64,000 bases of DNA from Candidatus Eiseniibacteriota bacterium (GCA_044223005.1 JBGAML010000011.1:99181-163180), one strand, 5' to 3'. Shown: positions 42,136 through 54,247, numbered from the stretch's first letter. Notes: a model not told the origin generated them from the letters alone. Numbers and translations are program-made.

Positions 42136-42779
42136 ACCGCTCGCTTCGCGCCGCCGCCGCACTGCTGCTTGCCGCCACGCTCGTTCCCGTGTTCGCTCCC
42201 GCGGCGCGCGCCCAGGACGAGGGTCCGAAGCCGCTCGCGCTCGGTGCCCCCGCGCCCATGCGTGACGAGCCCATGAAGGGCGTCGATGGCAAGACCATCA
42301 CGATCGCGCAGGCCGCCGGCAAGAAGGGCACGCTGGTGATCTTCATCTGCAACCATTGCCCGTGGGTCAAGGCATGGCAGTCGCGCATCGCCGAGGTCGG
42401 CAACGCGGCGCTCGCGAAGGGCATCGGCGTGGTGGCGATCAACGCCAACGATCCGCAGGCGTACCCCGAGGACGCGTACGACACGATGGTCGCGCGCGCG
42501 AAGGAGGTCGGCTACCGGTTCCCGTACGCGGTCGACGCCTCGTCGAGCATCGCGCGCGCGTTCGGCGCCTCGCACACGCCCGAGGCGTTCCTGTTCGACT
42601 CGAAGGGCAAGCTCGTCTACCACGGCGCGGTCGACGACAACGCCCAGCATCCCGAGCAGGTGAAGGAGCGCTTCCTCGCCGATGCCGTGACCGCCGTCGC
42701 GGGCGGCAAGCCGGTGAAGAAGGGCGAGACCAAGGCGCTCGGCTGCGGGATCAAGTACCGCTCGCGCGGCATGGACTGA
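42132..42779 (+). CDS. Exported thioredoxin-fold (AhpC/TSA-like) protein
   Basis: Signal peptide; FICNHCPWV; FGASHTPEAF; YHGAVDD; GCGIK. Confidence 0.88.
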   Translation: MNRSLRAAAALLLAATLVPVFAPAARAQDEGPKPLALGAPAPMRDEPMKGVDGKTITIAQAAGKKGTLVIFICNHCPWVKAWQSRIAEVGNAALAKGIGVVAINANDPQAYPEDAYDTMVARAKEVGYRFPYAVDASSSIARAFGASHTPEAFLFDSKGKLVYHGAVDDNAQHPEQVKERFLADAVTAVAGGKPVKKGETKALGCGIKYRSRGMD

Positions 42780-42851
42780 CGCGCCGCCCGGACGCACGAC
42801 GGCCCGCGGGGATCGCCCCGCGGGCCGTTCGCGTGTCGCAGCGTGCCTCGG

Positions 42852-43499
42852 CTATCCGCGCTCGAACTCCACGTGCATCGCGGACTCCGTCGCCGTGTGG
42901 CGTACGACGCGGTAGCCGAGGGCGGGGAGATCGAGGCCGGCGAACATCGGCTCGCCGCGACCGATCAGCACGGGGGCGAACGCGAGGTGCACCTGGTCCA
43001 CGAGCCGGGCCGCGAGGTACTGGCGCACCGTGGCGGCGCCGCCGCCGATGCGGATGTCGCGATCGCCCGCCGCCTCGCGCGCGCGGCGCAGCGCCGACTC
43101 GATGCCGTCGGTGACGAAGTGGAACGTCGTCCCGCCCTGCATCTCGAGCGGCGGTCGCGCGTGGTGCGTGAGCACGAACACGGGCACGTGGTACGGCGGA
43201 TTCTCGCCCCACCAGCCCCGCCAGCCGTCGTCGGGCCACGGGCCACGGCTCGTGGTGAACATGTTCCGGCCGAGGATCCACGCGCCCATGCCTTCCATGC
43301 CGCGGGCGGCGAAATCGTCGTCGACACCGGTCACGCCGCCGTCCTGCCGGAGCACCTCGCGGTGGAACGTGCGCGTGGTGCGGAGCCAGTCGTGCATGGC
43401 CATGCCGCCGACACCGATGGGATTCTCGAGGCTCTGGTCCGGGCCGGCGCCGAAACCATCGAGCGAGACGCTGTAGCCGCGAATCACGACTCGGGACAT
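42852..43499 (-). CDS. Dihydrofolate reductase/RibD-C family protein
   Basis: [38 protein letters not shown]. Confidence 0.88.
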   Translation of the reverse strand: MSRVVIRGYSVSLDGFGAGPDQSLENPIGVGGMAMHDWLRTTRTFHREVLRQDGGVTGVDDDFAARGMEGMGAWILGRNMFTTSRGPWPDDGWRGWWGENPPYHVPVFVLTHHARPPLEMQGGTTFHFVTDGIESALRRAREAAGDRDIRIGGGAATVRQYLAARLVDQVHLAFAPVLIGRGEPMFAGLDLPALGYRVVRHTATESAMHVEFERG

Positions 43500-43654
43500 C
43501 GGGGATTCCTCCGGGAGCGGGCTCTGCGTGCGAAAACAGGCAACGTCGAGATGCGCCGCGCAAGTTCCGCGATTCCCGCGTCGTGCGCAAGCCCCGGACG
43601 GATCCGGCCATCGCCTCGACCCCTTCGCCCGTGCTCGGGTACCCTCGCGCTCCC

Positions 43655-45745
<2,091 letters not shown>

Positions 45746-45767
45746 GGCGGAGCGCCGGCCGACGTGA

Positions 45768-45977
45768 CGGTCGACGGCATGCGCGCTGTTCGTCGGGGCG
45801 GTGCTGCTCCACGTGCCGATCGGCGTCGTGGTGCTGCGCCGCATGCTGTCCGAGGGCGCCGTCGATGCCGCCCGGCTCGCGTGGATCGCGCCGCTCGTGG
45901 CACTCGGCCTCGTGGCCGCGATCGCCGCGCTTTTCCGGGTGGGCGAGCGGTTCGTCGGCTCCGCATCCGGCCGTTGA
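45768..45977 (+). pseudogene. Possible C-terminal remnant of a membrane protein gene
   Basis: Frame reads LFVGAVLLHVPIGVVVLRR..LAWIAPLVALGLVAAIAALFRVGERF..*, with an in-frame stop at 45765 and no clear start or RBS. Confidence 0.35.
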
Positions 45978-46040
45978 TCGAGCGCCGAGGGTGAGGATAC
46001 TCTCGACAGCGTGAGAGGTGCCTTTCCCCGGGGAGTGCAC

Positions 46041-46628
46041 GTGAAGAGTGCATGGGTGGTCCTGCTGCTGCTGTTCGCGTCGGGCTGTTCGTCGATGCCG
46101 GCCCCGAAGATGGCGGCCGCCCCGCCGTCCGTCGCTCATCCAGGAGACGCCGTGAGAGTGAAACGCATGGACAACGTCGGGATCGCGGTGGAGGACCTCG
46201 ATGCCGCCATCCAGTTCTTCACCGAGCTCGGCCTGACCCTCGAAGGCCGCATGCCGGTCGAGGGGGAGTGGGCCGGCCGCGTCACCGGTCTGCACGGCCA
46301 GCGGGTCGAAATCGCCATGATGCGCACGCCGGACGGGCACAGCCGGCTCGAGCTCTCGCGCTTCGATGCTCCGGCGATCGCGTCCGATCACCGCACGGCC
46401 CCCGTGAACTCGCTGGGATACATGCGGGTGATGTTCACGGTGGAGGACATCGACGACACCGTCGCGCGGCTCGGCAAGCTCGGCGCGACGCTGGTCGACG
46501 AGATCGTCGACTACCAGGGCATCTACCGGCTCTGCTACATCCGGGGCCCGGAAGGCATCCTCCTCGGGCTCGCCCAGCAGCTCGACGCGAAGGAGAAGCG
46601 CGAGGACCCCATGGAGCGCCGGAAGTAA
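46041..46628 (+). CDS. VOC (glyoxalase/bleomycin resistance) family protein, possibly with a lipoprotein signal
   Basis: MDNVGIAVEDLDAAIQFFTELG, RLELSRF, YRLCYIRGPEG; the start could instead be near 46152. Confidence 0.85.
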   Translation: MKSAWVVLLLLFASGCSSMPAPKMAAAPPSVAHPGDAVRVKRMDNVGIAVEDLDAAIQFFTELGLTLEGRMPVEGEWAGRVTGLHGQRVEIAMMRTPDGHSRLELSRFDAPAIASDHRTAPVNSLGYMRVMFTVEDIDDTVARLGKLGATLVDEIVDYQGIYRLCYIRGPEGILLGLAQQLDAKEKREDPMERRK

Positions 46629-46778
46629 CCCGGGCGGGCACCGAGGTCTCGCCACCGCGTATTGCCGTTGCCTCCGGGCCGCGCTCGCGCCATCCTTTCC
46701 GCCGACCGGGCAGCCCCGACGCCACCGGCATCCGCGCGCGGATCCGGCGGTGAGCTTCCCACGCGTGGAGGCACGACC

Positions 46779-47819
46779 ATGCCGGCCCCGAGAGGCGTCA
46801 CCCGCTCGCTCGCGTCGCCGCTGCTCCTCGTCCTGCTGCTCGCGGCCGCGGCCGGCACCGCTGCCGCGCAGTCGACGCCACCCGCCGATCCCGCCCGGGC
46901 CACGCGCGCCGAGGTGACGCGCATCGCCGAAGACGTGCGCGCGATGGCGGCGTTCCACGACGACCCGCGCGCGATCGAGAAGCGTTGGGGCGCCGGGCCG
47001 AAGGCGCAGGGACTCGACTTCGCCGCCGACACCTGCGAGGGCCGTGTGCTGCTCGCCTGCATGGGCCCGAGCTTGCGCACGCTCTCGGTGGCGATCGCCG
47101 ACCGCGGCGGTGTGCACGTCGCGACGCCGCGCACGGCCGAAGCGCCGCCCGCGGCCGCGGCGCGGCTCGACCAGTTCATGAGCCTCGCACGCCTCCATCT
47201 CGTGCATCCGACGCTCGGCGCGGACACGACTGGGGAATGGGCCGCGATCTTCTGGATGGGAGAATCGGGCAGCGCGTCGCCGCACTCGCTGTGGTGGCTG
47301 CCGCTCCGGAGCGAGGCCCGCATGGACGCACTGGCCGAGACGGAAGTCGCGGCGGCGGGCTCCGGCCGCACGCTCGCCATGGAGTCACGCACCGGTGACG
47401 CCTGGATGCGCACGTTCGGGCACCGGTGGGGGCTTTCGTCCGTGCTTCTCGACGAGACCGATGGTGGCCCGCACCTCACGCTCGAGAGCACGTGGCGCTT
47501 CTCCGCCGAACTCGGCGGCCGGCCGCAGCTCGTGCGCGCCGCGCTCGCCGACGACGGACTCGGCGCGCTGGCGCGCGCCTACGAGCGCGAGCGCGGCCGG
47601 CGCCTGTGGCCCGCGGACGACGTCACGCTGTCGCCGCGCGCGAAGGAGTGGTTCCGGGCACACGTTTCGGCCTTGCTGCACGCGTGGCAGGGCGACGAAG
47701 CCGCGGTCCAGCACGTCGTGCTGCGGGGGACGGGCAGCGCTGCGGACACCGCGGCGTTCGTGGTCAAGCGCACCGGCCGCGCCGGGGCCTGGCGCTGGAG
47801 CGTCGACCGGCCGCGCTGA
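46779..47819 (+). CDS. Hypothetical exported protein
   Basis: GGAGG RBS; signal peptide LLLVLLLAAAAGTAAA; no recognised domain. Confidence 0.65.
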   Translation: MPAPRGVTRSLASPLLLVLLLAAAAGTAAAQSTPPADPARATRAEVTRIAEDVRAMAAFHDDPRAIEKRWGAGPKAQGLDFAADTCEGRVLLACMGPSLRTLSVAIADRGGVHVATPRTAEAPPAAAARLDQFMSLARLHLVHPTLGADTTGEWAAIFWMGESGSASPHSLWWLPLRSEARMDALAETEVAAAGSGRTLAMESRTGDAWMRTFGHRWGLSSVLLDETDGGPHLTLESTWRFSAELGGRPQLVRAALADDGLGALARAYERERGRRLWPADDVTLSPRAKEWFRAHVSALLHAWQGDEAAVQHVVLRGTGSAADTAAFVVKRTGRAGAWRWSVDRPR

Positions 47820-47973
47820 GCGTTCCGGCGGCGGGCCACGCGGGTGCCGCGGGCAGGTGCATGCCGCACGCGGTCAGGCTATGCTCCGCCGTCCGCACGC
47901 CGTGTCCGGCTTCGGCCGCGCGGCAACCGCCATGGATCGGCCAACGGCCTCATGCCACCCCGAGTCTCCCGAC

Positions 47974-48861
47974 ATGCTCGAATCCTTCCTGCCGCTCGTG
48001 AAGTTCGCGCTCTCCGAGGACGTGGGCACGGGCGACGTGACCACGCTCAACTCGGTGCCGTCGAACGTGGGCGCGCGCGCCGTGATCATGGCCAAGGAGC
48101 GGGGCGTGGTCTCGGGGCTCGAGATCGCGCAGATGACATTCCGCGAGGTGGACCCGGCGCTCAAGTTCAAGCCGACCACGCGCGACGGCGACGACGTCGA
48201 GGCCGGCGTGGCGCTGGCGCAGATCTCGGGGTCCGCAGCGAGCATCATGACCGCCGAACGCACCGCGCTGAACTTCATGATGCGCATGTCGGGCGTCGCC
48301 ACGCTCACGCGGCGCTACGTGAAGGAGATCGAGGGCACGGGCGCGAAGATCATCGACACGCGCAAGACCACGCCGGGGCTGCGCTTCCTCGAGAAGTACG
48401 CGGTCCAGTGCGGCGGCGGCCAGAACCACCGGCTCGCGCTGTGGGACATGTACCTCGTGAAGGACAACCACATCCGCGCCGCGCGCGGGCTCACGCAGGC
48501 GATCGACCGCATCCAGCGCACGCGCCGCGACCTGCTGCTCGAGGTCGAGGTCGAGTCCATGGAGCAGCTGCAGGAAGCGCTGCGCCCCGAGGTGGACCGC
48601 ATCCTGATCGACAACCAGCCCGTGGACGCGGTGCGTCGCGCCGTCGCCGAAATCGACCGCTGGTGCAAGGCGAACCCGCCCGACCATCCCCGCGCGAGGC
48701 CCGATGCGCGGCGCTGGCCGGAGATCGAGATCTCCGGCGGCCTCAACCTGCAGACCGTGCGCGCGTACGCCGAGACCGGCGCGGACTACCTGAGCGTCGG
48801 CGCGCTCACGCACTCGGCGCCGGCGCTCAACCTGAGCCTGGAGATCGAGGAAGTTGGCTGA
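47974..48861 (+). CDS. nadC: Nicotinate-nucleotide diphosphorylase (quinolinate phosphoribosyltransferase)
   Basis: EDVGTGDVTT, ERTALN, DTRKTTPG, KDNH, EVEV, SVGALTHSA. Confidence 0.96.
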   Translation: MLESFLPLVKFALSEDVGTGDVTTLNSVPSNVGARAVIMAKERGVVSGLEIAQMTFREVDPALKFKPTTRDGDDVEAGVALAQISGSAASIMTAERTALNFMMRMSGVATLTRRYVKEIEGTGAKIIDTRKTTPGLRFLEKYAVQCGGGQNHRLALWDMYLVKDNHIRAARGLTQAIDRIQRTRRDLLLEVEVESMEQLQEALRPEVDRILIDNQPVDAVRRAVAEIDRWCKANPPDHPRARPDARRWPEIEISGGLNLQTVRAYAETGADYLSVGALTHSAPALNLSLEIEEVG

Positions 48862-49657
48862 ACCCCGCTTCGATCGCGAACGCTTCGGTCGCCGGCTCGC
48901 CACGCGACGGCTCGGCCGCACGCTGATCGTGCGGGCCGAGACGGCGTCGACGAACGACGACGTGGCGGGCGCGCTGTCGGACGGGCTGCCGGACGGCGTC
49001 ACCGCGGTCGCCGACGCGCAGGTGCGCGGCCGCGGCCGCGCCGGGCGCACGTGGACGCACGCGCCAGGGCAGGGGCTCGCGCTCTCGGTGGGCCTGCACC
49101 TCGGCTGCGACGTGCGGCAGGCCGGCGTGATCCCGCTGGCCGCCGGGCTCGCGGCCGCCGAGGCGGTGGAGCGCCTGGGCGGTTCGCCGCGGCTCAAGTG
49201 GCCGAACGACTTGCTGCTCGGCGGCCGCAAGCTCGCGGGCGTGCTGTGCGAGCTTCGCCACGCCGCCGCCGGCGGCGAGACGGTGGTGATCGGGCTCGGG
49301 CTCAACGTGCGCACGCGCGTGGAGGAATTCGCACCCGAGCTGCGCGAGACGGCGACGTCGCTCGCGCTCGCGGGCATCGACGCCGCGGTCGAGGACGTCG
49401 CGGCGGAGTTCCTGAACGCGCTCGAGCCTCGCTGGGACGCGCTGCAGGAAGGCGATCGCGCGACGATCCTCGAGGCGTGGAGCGCGCGCGGCGCGCACTG
49501 GGGCCAGGTCGTCACGGTGCACGCGCCCGATGGCCCGCGCACGGGCGTCGCGCTGCGGCTCGATCCCGACGGCGCGCTGGTGCTGCGGCTCGAGAGCGGC
49601 GTCGAATCGCGCGTGCTCGCGGGCGATCTCGCGGACGCGGGCGCGGAGGCGCGGTGA
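48854..49657 (+). CDS. birA: Biotin--[acetyl-CoA-carboxylase] ligase (no HTH domain)
   Basis: STND, QVRGRGR, KWPND, RKLAGVL, GLGLN. Confidence 0.93.
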   Translation: MAEPRFDRERFGRRLATRRLGRTLIVRAETASTNDDVAGALSDGLPDGVTAVADAQVRGRGRAGRTWTHAPGQGLALSVGLHLGCDVRQAGVIPLAAGLAAAEAVERLGGSPRLKWPNDLLLGGRKLAGVLCELRHAAAGGETVVIGLGLNVRTRVEEFAPELRETATSLALAGIDAAVEDVAAEFLNALEPRWDALQEGDRATILEAWSARGAHWGQVVTVHAPDGPRTGVALRLDPDGALVLRLESGVESRVLAGDLADAGAEAR

Positions 49658-50499
49658 CCACGAGTCCGCATCTGCCCCCGGACGATCCGCGCCGCCGGCC
49701 GTTCCGCGAGTACGACGAGTGGACCGACCCGCGCGAGAGCGGCGAGATGCCGTTCCTCTCGCACCTCGAGGAACTGCGCGTCGTGCTGCAGCACAGCCTC
49801 GCGGCGCTCCTCGTGGGCATGCTCGCCGGCTGGTGGCTCGCGCCGGTCGTGATGGCGGACCTGATCCACCGCACCGTGATGCACACCGTGGTGATGTCGC
49901 CGTTCGAGGCGTTCAACGAGCGGCTCAAGCTCTCCGCGGTGCTCGGCGGCGTCGTGGTGCTGCCGTTCATCTCGTGGCGGCTCTGGTCGTTCGTCGTGCC
50001 CGGGCTGCTCAAGCGCGAACGCCGGTGGATCGCGCCGCTCGCGCTGTCGTCGTTCGTCCTGTTCCTGCTCGGCGCCTGGGCCGCGTACGCGTACGTCGTG
50101 CCGCTGGTGGTGCGGGTGCTGCAGGGCTTCCTGACCGCCGGCATGGTCATGCAGATGCGGCTCAGCCTGCTGCTCGACTTCTTCTACAACATGGTGATCG
50201 CCTGCGGCCTGCTCGCGCAGCTGCCGCTCGTGACCATGTTGCTCACCGGCATGGGGCTCGTGACGCCGGGCTTCCTGATCCGGCAGTGGCGCGTCGCGAT
50301 CGTGATCATCTTCGTGGTCACCGCGGCGATCACACCCGGCGACGTCGTGAGCGCGCAGCTCGTGATGGGCATCCCGATGATGCTGCTCTACTTCGTGAGC
50401 GTCGGGTTGTCGTGGTTCGTCGCGCGGAAGAAGAAGGAGTCGGAGGAATCCGAAGCGCTGGTGGTTTCCGGTCCGGACGAAGGAGGAGACGATGCCTGA
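49654..50499 (+). CDS. tatC: Twin-arginine translocase subunit TatC
   Basis: MPFLSHLEELR, SPFEAF, FVVPGL..ERR, QLP, AAITP.D. Confidence 0.95.
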   Translation: MTTSPHLPPDDPRRRPFREYDEWTDPRESGEMPFLSHLEELRVVLQHSLAALLVGMLAGWWLAPVVMADLIHRTVMHTVVMSPFEAFNERLKLSAVLGGVVVLPFISWRLWSFVVPGLLKRERRWIAPLALSSFVLFLLGAWAAYAYVVPLVVRVLQGFLTAGMVMQMRLSLLLDFFYNMVIACGLLAQLPLVTMLLTGMGLVTPGFLIRQWRVAIVIIFVVTAAITPGDVVSAQLVMGIPMMLLYFVSVGLSWFVARKKKESEESEALVVSGPDEGGDDA

Positions 50500-51304
50500 G
50501 CGTCGCAAGCGGTCGCCGCGCGCGTCCGCAAGGCGGCCGCGCACGAAGGCGCCGATCCCGCTGCTCGCCGTGGACATCGGCAACAGCGAGACGGTCGTAG
50601 GCCGCTTCCATGGCCCCGAACTCGACGGCTTCTGGCGCCTGACGACGGGCCGCTCGACGGCGGACGAGCTGCGCGTGGCGCTCGAATTGCTGGTGCGCGA
50701 GAGCCCAGCGGGCTGGGGCGGCATCGTATGCTCGGTCGTGCCGCTGTTGACGCGCCCGTGGTGCGAGGCCCTGCGGGCCGTGACGGGCCGCACGCCGTTC
50801 GTGCTCAACGCACGCAACGCCGGCATGCCGGTGCACGTGAACGACCCCGACACGGTCGGGCCCGACCGGCTCGCCAACGCCTACGCCGCGCGCAAGCTGC
50901 ACGGCACGCCGGCGATCGTGGTCGATCTCGGCACCGCGACGACGCTCGACTGCGTCTCGAAGGGTGGCGCCTACGTGGGCGGCGCGATCGCGCCGGGCGT
51001 GGTGACGGCGTCGGAGGAACTCTTCCGGCGCGCCGCGCGGCTCTCGCGCGTCGACCTGCGCCGGCCGCAGCGCGCGCTGGGCAAGTCGACCGAGGAGTGC
51101 CTGCGCGTGGGCGTGGTGTGGGGCAACGCCGGCCTCGTCGATGCGCTCGTGCGCCGCGTGCGCGCGGAACTCGGCGGCCGGCCGAAGGTGATCGCCACGG
51201 GCGGACTCGCGCCCGTCCTGGCGCCCGAATGCGAAACGGTGGACCTGGTGGACGAAGGACTGACCCTGAAGGGGCTGCGGCTCCTCTGGGAAGACATGTC
51301 GTAG
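50492..51304 (+). CDS. coaX: Type III pantothenate kinase
   Basis: AVDIGNS, SVVP, VGPDR, VVDLGTATT, GGAIAPG, ATGG, LTLKGL. Confidence 0.95.
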   Translation: MPERRKRSPRASARRPRTKAPIPLLAVDIGNSETVVGRFHGPELDGFWRLTTGRSTADELRVALELLVRESPAGWGGIVCSVVPLLTRPWCEALRAVTGRTPFVLNARNAGMPVHVNDPDTVGPDRLANAYAARKLHGTPAIVVDLGTATTLDCVSKGGAYVGGAIAPGVVTASEELFRRAARLSRVDLRRPQRALGKSTEECLRVGVVWGNAGLVDALVRRVRAELGGRPKVIATGGLAPVLAPECETVDLVDEGLTLKGLRLLWEDMS

Positions 51305-51387
51305 CCCGGGCCGGACGCCCGGATCACGTTGGAGCGCGACGGCGAGCCGAGACCCATGGTCGCCACGTTGGGAAGGAGACCCTGAAG

Positions 51388-52485
51388 ATGATTCGACGCA
51401 TCGTTGTTCCCCTCGCCGCGGCGGGGATCCTGTTCGCGGCCGCGAGCGTGCACGCCGGGTACGGTGCCCACGCCGCACGCAAGCCGATCCCGCCCACGGC
51501 GCAGGTCGCCGATTCGCTGATCCGCCCCGGCGAGACGCACTTCGCGCACCTCTGGCAGCTCACGTTCGGCGGCCAGAACGCGGAGGCGTACTGGAGCGGC
51601 GACGGCACCAAGCTCAGCTTCCAGTCCACGCGCGACGGACGGAAGTGCGACCAGCAGTACGTGTACGACCTCGCGACCGGCAAGGTCGCGATGGTCAGCA
51701 CCGGCAAGGGGCGCACGACCTGCGGTTACTTCTACGACCACGACCGCCGCGTGCTGTGGGCGTCCACGCACCTGGGCGGCGACGACTGCCCGCCCGAGCC
51801 CGACATGAGCAAGGGCTACACGTGGGCGATCTACAAGGACTACGAGATCTTCACCTCGAAGCCCGACGGCAGCGACCTGCGCCGGCTCACGGATCATCCG
51901 GGCTACGACGCCGAGGGCACGATGTCGGTGGACGGCAAGTGGCTGATCTTCACGCGCAAGGAAGCCGGGGACGTCGACCTGTACAAGATGCACATGGACG
52001 GCAGCGGCCTGACGCGCCTGACGAACAGCCCCGGCTACGACGGCGGCGCGTACTTCTCGCACGACGGCAAGCGCATCGTGTGGCGCACGCACCGCACCGA
52101 CGACAGCACGCAGAACGCGAAGTTCCGCGCGCTGCTCGACGAGGACCTCGTGCGGCCGTCCCAGATGGACATCTGGGTCGGCGACGCGGACGGCAGGAAC
52201 CAGAAGCAGGTCACGTTCAAGCCGGGCGCTTCCTTCGCGCCGTATTTCACGCCCGACGACCGGCAGATCATCTACGCCTCGAACTGGGAGAACCCGCGCA
52301 GCCGCAACTTCGACCTCTACCTGGTCGGCGTCGAGGGCGGCGAGCCCGTGCCGGTGACGCGAGACGCGGACTTCGATGGCTTCCCGATGTTCTCGCCCGA
52401 CGGCAAGTACCTCGTCTTCTGCGCGAACCGCGGGGGCAAGGTGGACGGCGAAACGAACATCTTCCTCGCCGAATGGAAGCCCTGA
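51388..52485 (+). CDS. Exported TolB-like PD40 beta-propeller protein
   Basis: Signal peptide; QLTFGGQNAEAY, GRTTCGYF, GYDAEG, GYDGGAYFS, FDGFPMFSPDG. Confidence 0.88.
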   Translation: MIRRIVVPLAAAGILFAAASVHAGYGAHAARKPIPPTAQVADSLIRPGETHFAHLWQLTFGGQNAEAYWSGDGTKLSFQSTRDGRKCDQQYVYDLATGKVAMVSTGKGRTTCGYFYDHDRRVLWASTHLGGDDCPPEPDMSKGYTWAIYKDYEIFTSKPDGSDLRRLTDHPGYDAEGTMSVDGKWLIFTRKEAGDVDLYKMHMDGSGLTRLTNSPGYDGGAYFSHDGKRIVWRTHRTDDSTQNAKFRALLDEDLVRPSQMDIWVGDADGRNQKQVTFKPGASFAPYFTPDDRQIIYASNWENPRSRNFDLYLVGVEGGEPVPVTRDADFDGFPMFSPDGKYLVFCANRGGKVDGETNIFLAEWKP

Positions 52486-52506
52486 GGGTCCCGGCAACCG
52501 GAACAT

Positions 52507-52545
52507 GCGGCGGGCGGGGCCTCGGGGCCCCGCCCGCCGTCGTTT
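52507..52545 (+). terminator. Intrinsic terminator
   Basis: gcggcgggcggggcc-tcgg-ggccccgcccgccgt-cgttt. Confidence 0.65.
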
Positions 52546-52577
52546 GCGCGGCCGGGGCGCCGATGCGCGAGCCGGCT

Positions 52578-52604
52578 GCAATCCGCCGCCGCCGCGGCCG
52601 ATAA
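52578..52604 (+). promoter_or_regulatory. Sigma28-like promoter candidate for the groEL paralog
   Basis: GCAA-N15-GCCGATAA (perfect FliA-type -10). Confidence 0.45.
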
Positions 52605-52651
52605 CCGGCGGACGGAGCGTCCCGCGGTGGGGCGCCCGCACGGGGTACGGC

Positions 52652-54247
52652 ATGGGCAAGCGCGTCCGGTTCGAGGCGGAAGCGCGCCAGTCGCTCTGGC
52701 GCGGCGTGGACCAGCTCGCGAATGCGGTGCGGATCACGCTGGGGCCGCGCGGTCGCAGCGTGGTCTTCGACCGCCTGCACGGCGTGCCCGCGATCACGCG
52801 CGACGGCATCGCCGTGGCGCAGGAGATCGAGCTCGCCGACCCGTTCGAGAACGTCGGCGTGCACCTGCTGCGAGAGGCAGCGTTCCACACCGCGCAGGTG
52901 GCGGGCGACGGCACTTCGACGGCGACGGTGATCGCGCACCGCATGATCGGCGACGGCCTGCGCGCGATCGCGCACGGCCACCATCCGCAGGCGCTCCGGC
53001 GCGGCATCGAGCGCGGCGTGCAGACGGTCGTGGAGCGGCTGCGCGCGCTGGCGCGCCCGGTCGGCGACGCGCGCGACCTCGAGCGCATCGCCACCATCGC
53101 AGCCGGCGATCGCGCGCTCGGCGAGATGGTGGCGCACGCGCTTCAGCGCGTCGGCGCCGACGGCGTGGTCACGGTGGAGGACGGTCGCGGGCTCTCGACC
53201 ACGCTCGATGTCGTCGAGGGCGCGCGCCTGGACGGCGGCTACGCTTCGCCCTACTTCATCACCGACGCCGACTCCATGGAGGCGGTGCTGGAGCATCCGC
53301 TCGTGGCGCTCGTGGATGGCCCGCTGGAGCAGGCGGCGGACGTCGTCGCCGCGCTCGAGCACTCGGGCCGGCTCGGCCGCCCGCTGCTCTGGCTCTGCGA
53401 GAGGATCGGCGGCGACGCGCTCTCGGTGCTCGTCGTGAACCGGCTGCGCGGCCGCGCGATGTCGGTCGCGGTGGCGGTCGGCGCACTGCCCGGGCAGCGC
53501 CGCGAACTGCTCGACGATATCGCGCTCCTGACCGGTGGCGCCGTGGTCGCGCCCGAGCTGGGCCGCGCCGCGAGCGCGTTCGACGCCGGTTGGTTCGGCC
53601 GCGTGCGCCGCGCCAGCATCACCTCCGAGCACACGACGCTGCTGCAGGGCGGCGGCCGCGGCGAGCCGCTGGCCGCCCGGCGCGCCGCGCTGCGGCACGC
53701 GCTCGCCGGCGAGACGCGCGCGCCCGAGCGCGCGGTGCTCGCGGCGCGGCTCGCGCGTCTGGCGGGTGGCGTGGCCGCGATCCGCGTCGGCGCGGCGACG
53801 GAGTTCGAGCGCCACGCGCGGCGCTCGCAGCTCGAGGACGCGATCGCCGCGACGCAGGCCGCGCAGGAGGAGGGCGTGGTGCCCGGCGGCGGTGTGGCGC
53901 TGGTGCGTGCGGCGACGGACGCTCCGCCGCGCGCCGAGGGCGCCGAAGGTGCGGCCTACGAGGCGGTGCTCGCGGCGATGGTGGAACCCGCGCGCCAGAT
54001 CGGCACCAACGCGGGGGAGGACGCCGGCAGCGTGCTCGCGCGCGTGCGCGAGGGGCGAGGCGCGTTCGGCTTCAACGCGCGCTCGTGCCGCTTCGCCGAT
54101 CTCGAGGCGGAGGGCGTGCTCGATCCGGTGAAGGTGGTGCGCTGCGCGCTGCAGAACGCGGCGAGCGTCGCGGGGCTCGTGCTCACGACCGACGCGCTCG
54201 TCGTGGACGTCGACACGCCGCCCGCCGCCGGCGACGCCGCGGCGTAG
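52652..54247 (+). CDS. groL: Divergent chaperonin GroEL paralog
   Basis: TLGPRGR, ITRDG, AGDGTSTAT, GYASPYF, VGAATE, LEDA, GVVPGGG, DPVKVVR.ALQNAAS; no GGM tail and no adjacent groES. Confidence 0.9.
   Translation: MGKRVRFEAEARQSLWRGVDQLANAVRITLGPRGRSVVFDRLHGVPAITRDGIAVAQEIELADPFENVGVHLLREAAFHTAQVAGDGTSTATVIAHRMIGDGLRAIAHGHHPQALRRGIERGVQTVVERLRALARPVGDARDLERIATIAAGDRALGEMVAHALQRVGADGVVTVEDGRGLSTTLDVVEGARLDGGYASPYFITDADSMEAVLEHPLVALVDGPLEQAADVVAALEHSGRLGRPLLWLCERIGGDALSVLVVNRLRGRAMSVAVAVGALPGQRRELLDDIALLTGGAVVAPELGRAASAFDAGWFGRVRRASITSEHTTLLQGGGRGEPLAARRAALRHALAGETRAPERAVLAARLARLAGGVAAIRVGAATEFERHARRSQLEDAIAATQAAQEEGVVPGGGVALVRAATDAPPRAEGAEGAAYEAVLAAMVEPARQIGTNAGEDAGSVLARVREGRGAFGFNARSCRFADLEAEGVLDPVKVVRCALQNAASVAGLVLTTDALVVDVDTPPAAGDAAA

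Noticed and set aside
42852..43499. Calling this folA
   Set aside because: It matches the RibD-C/DHFR-like family pattern, not canonical DHFR motifs.
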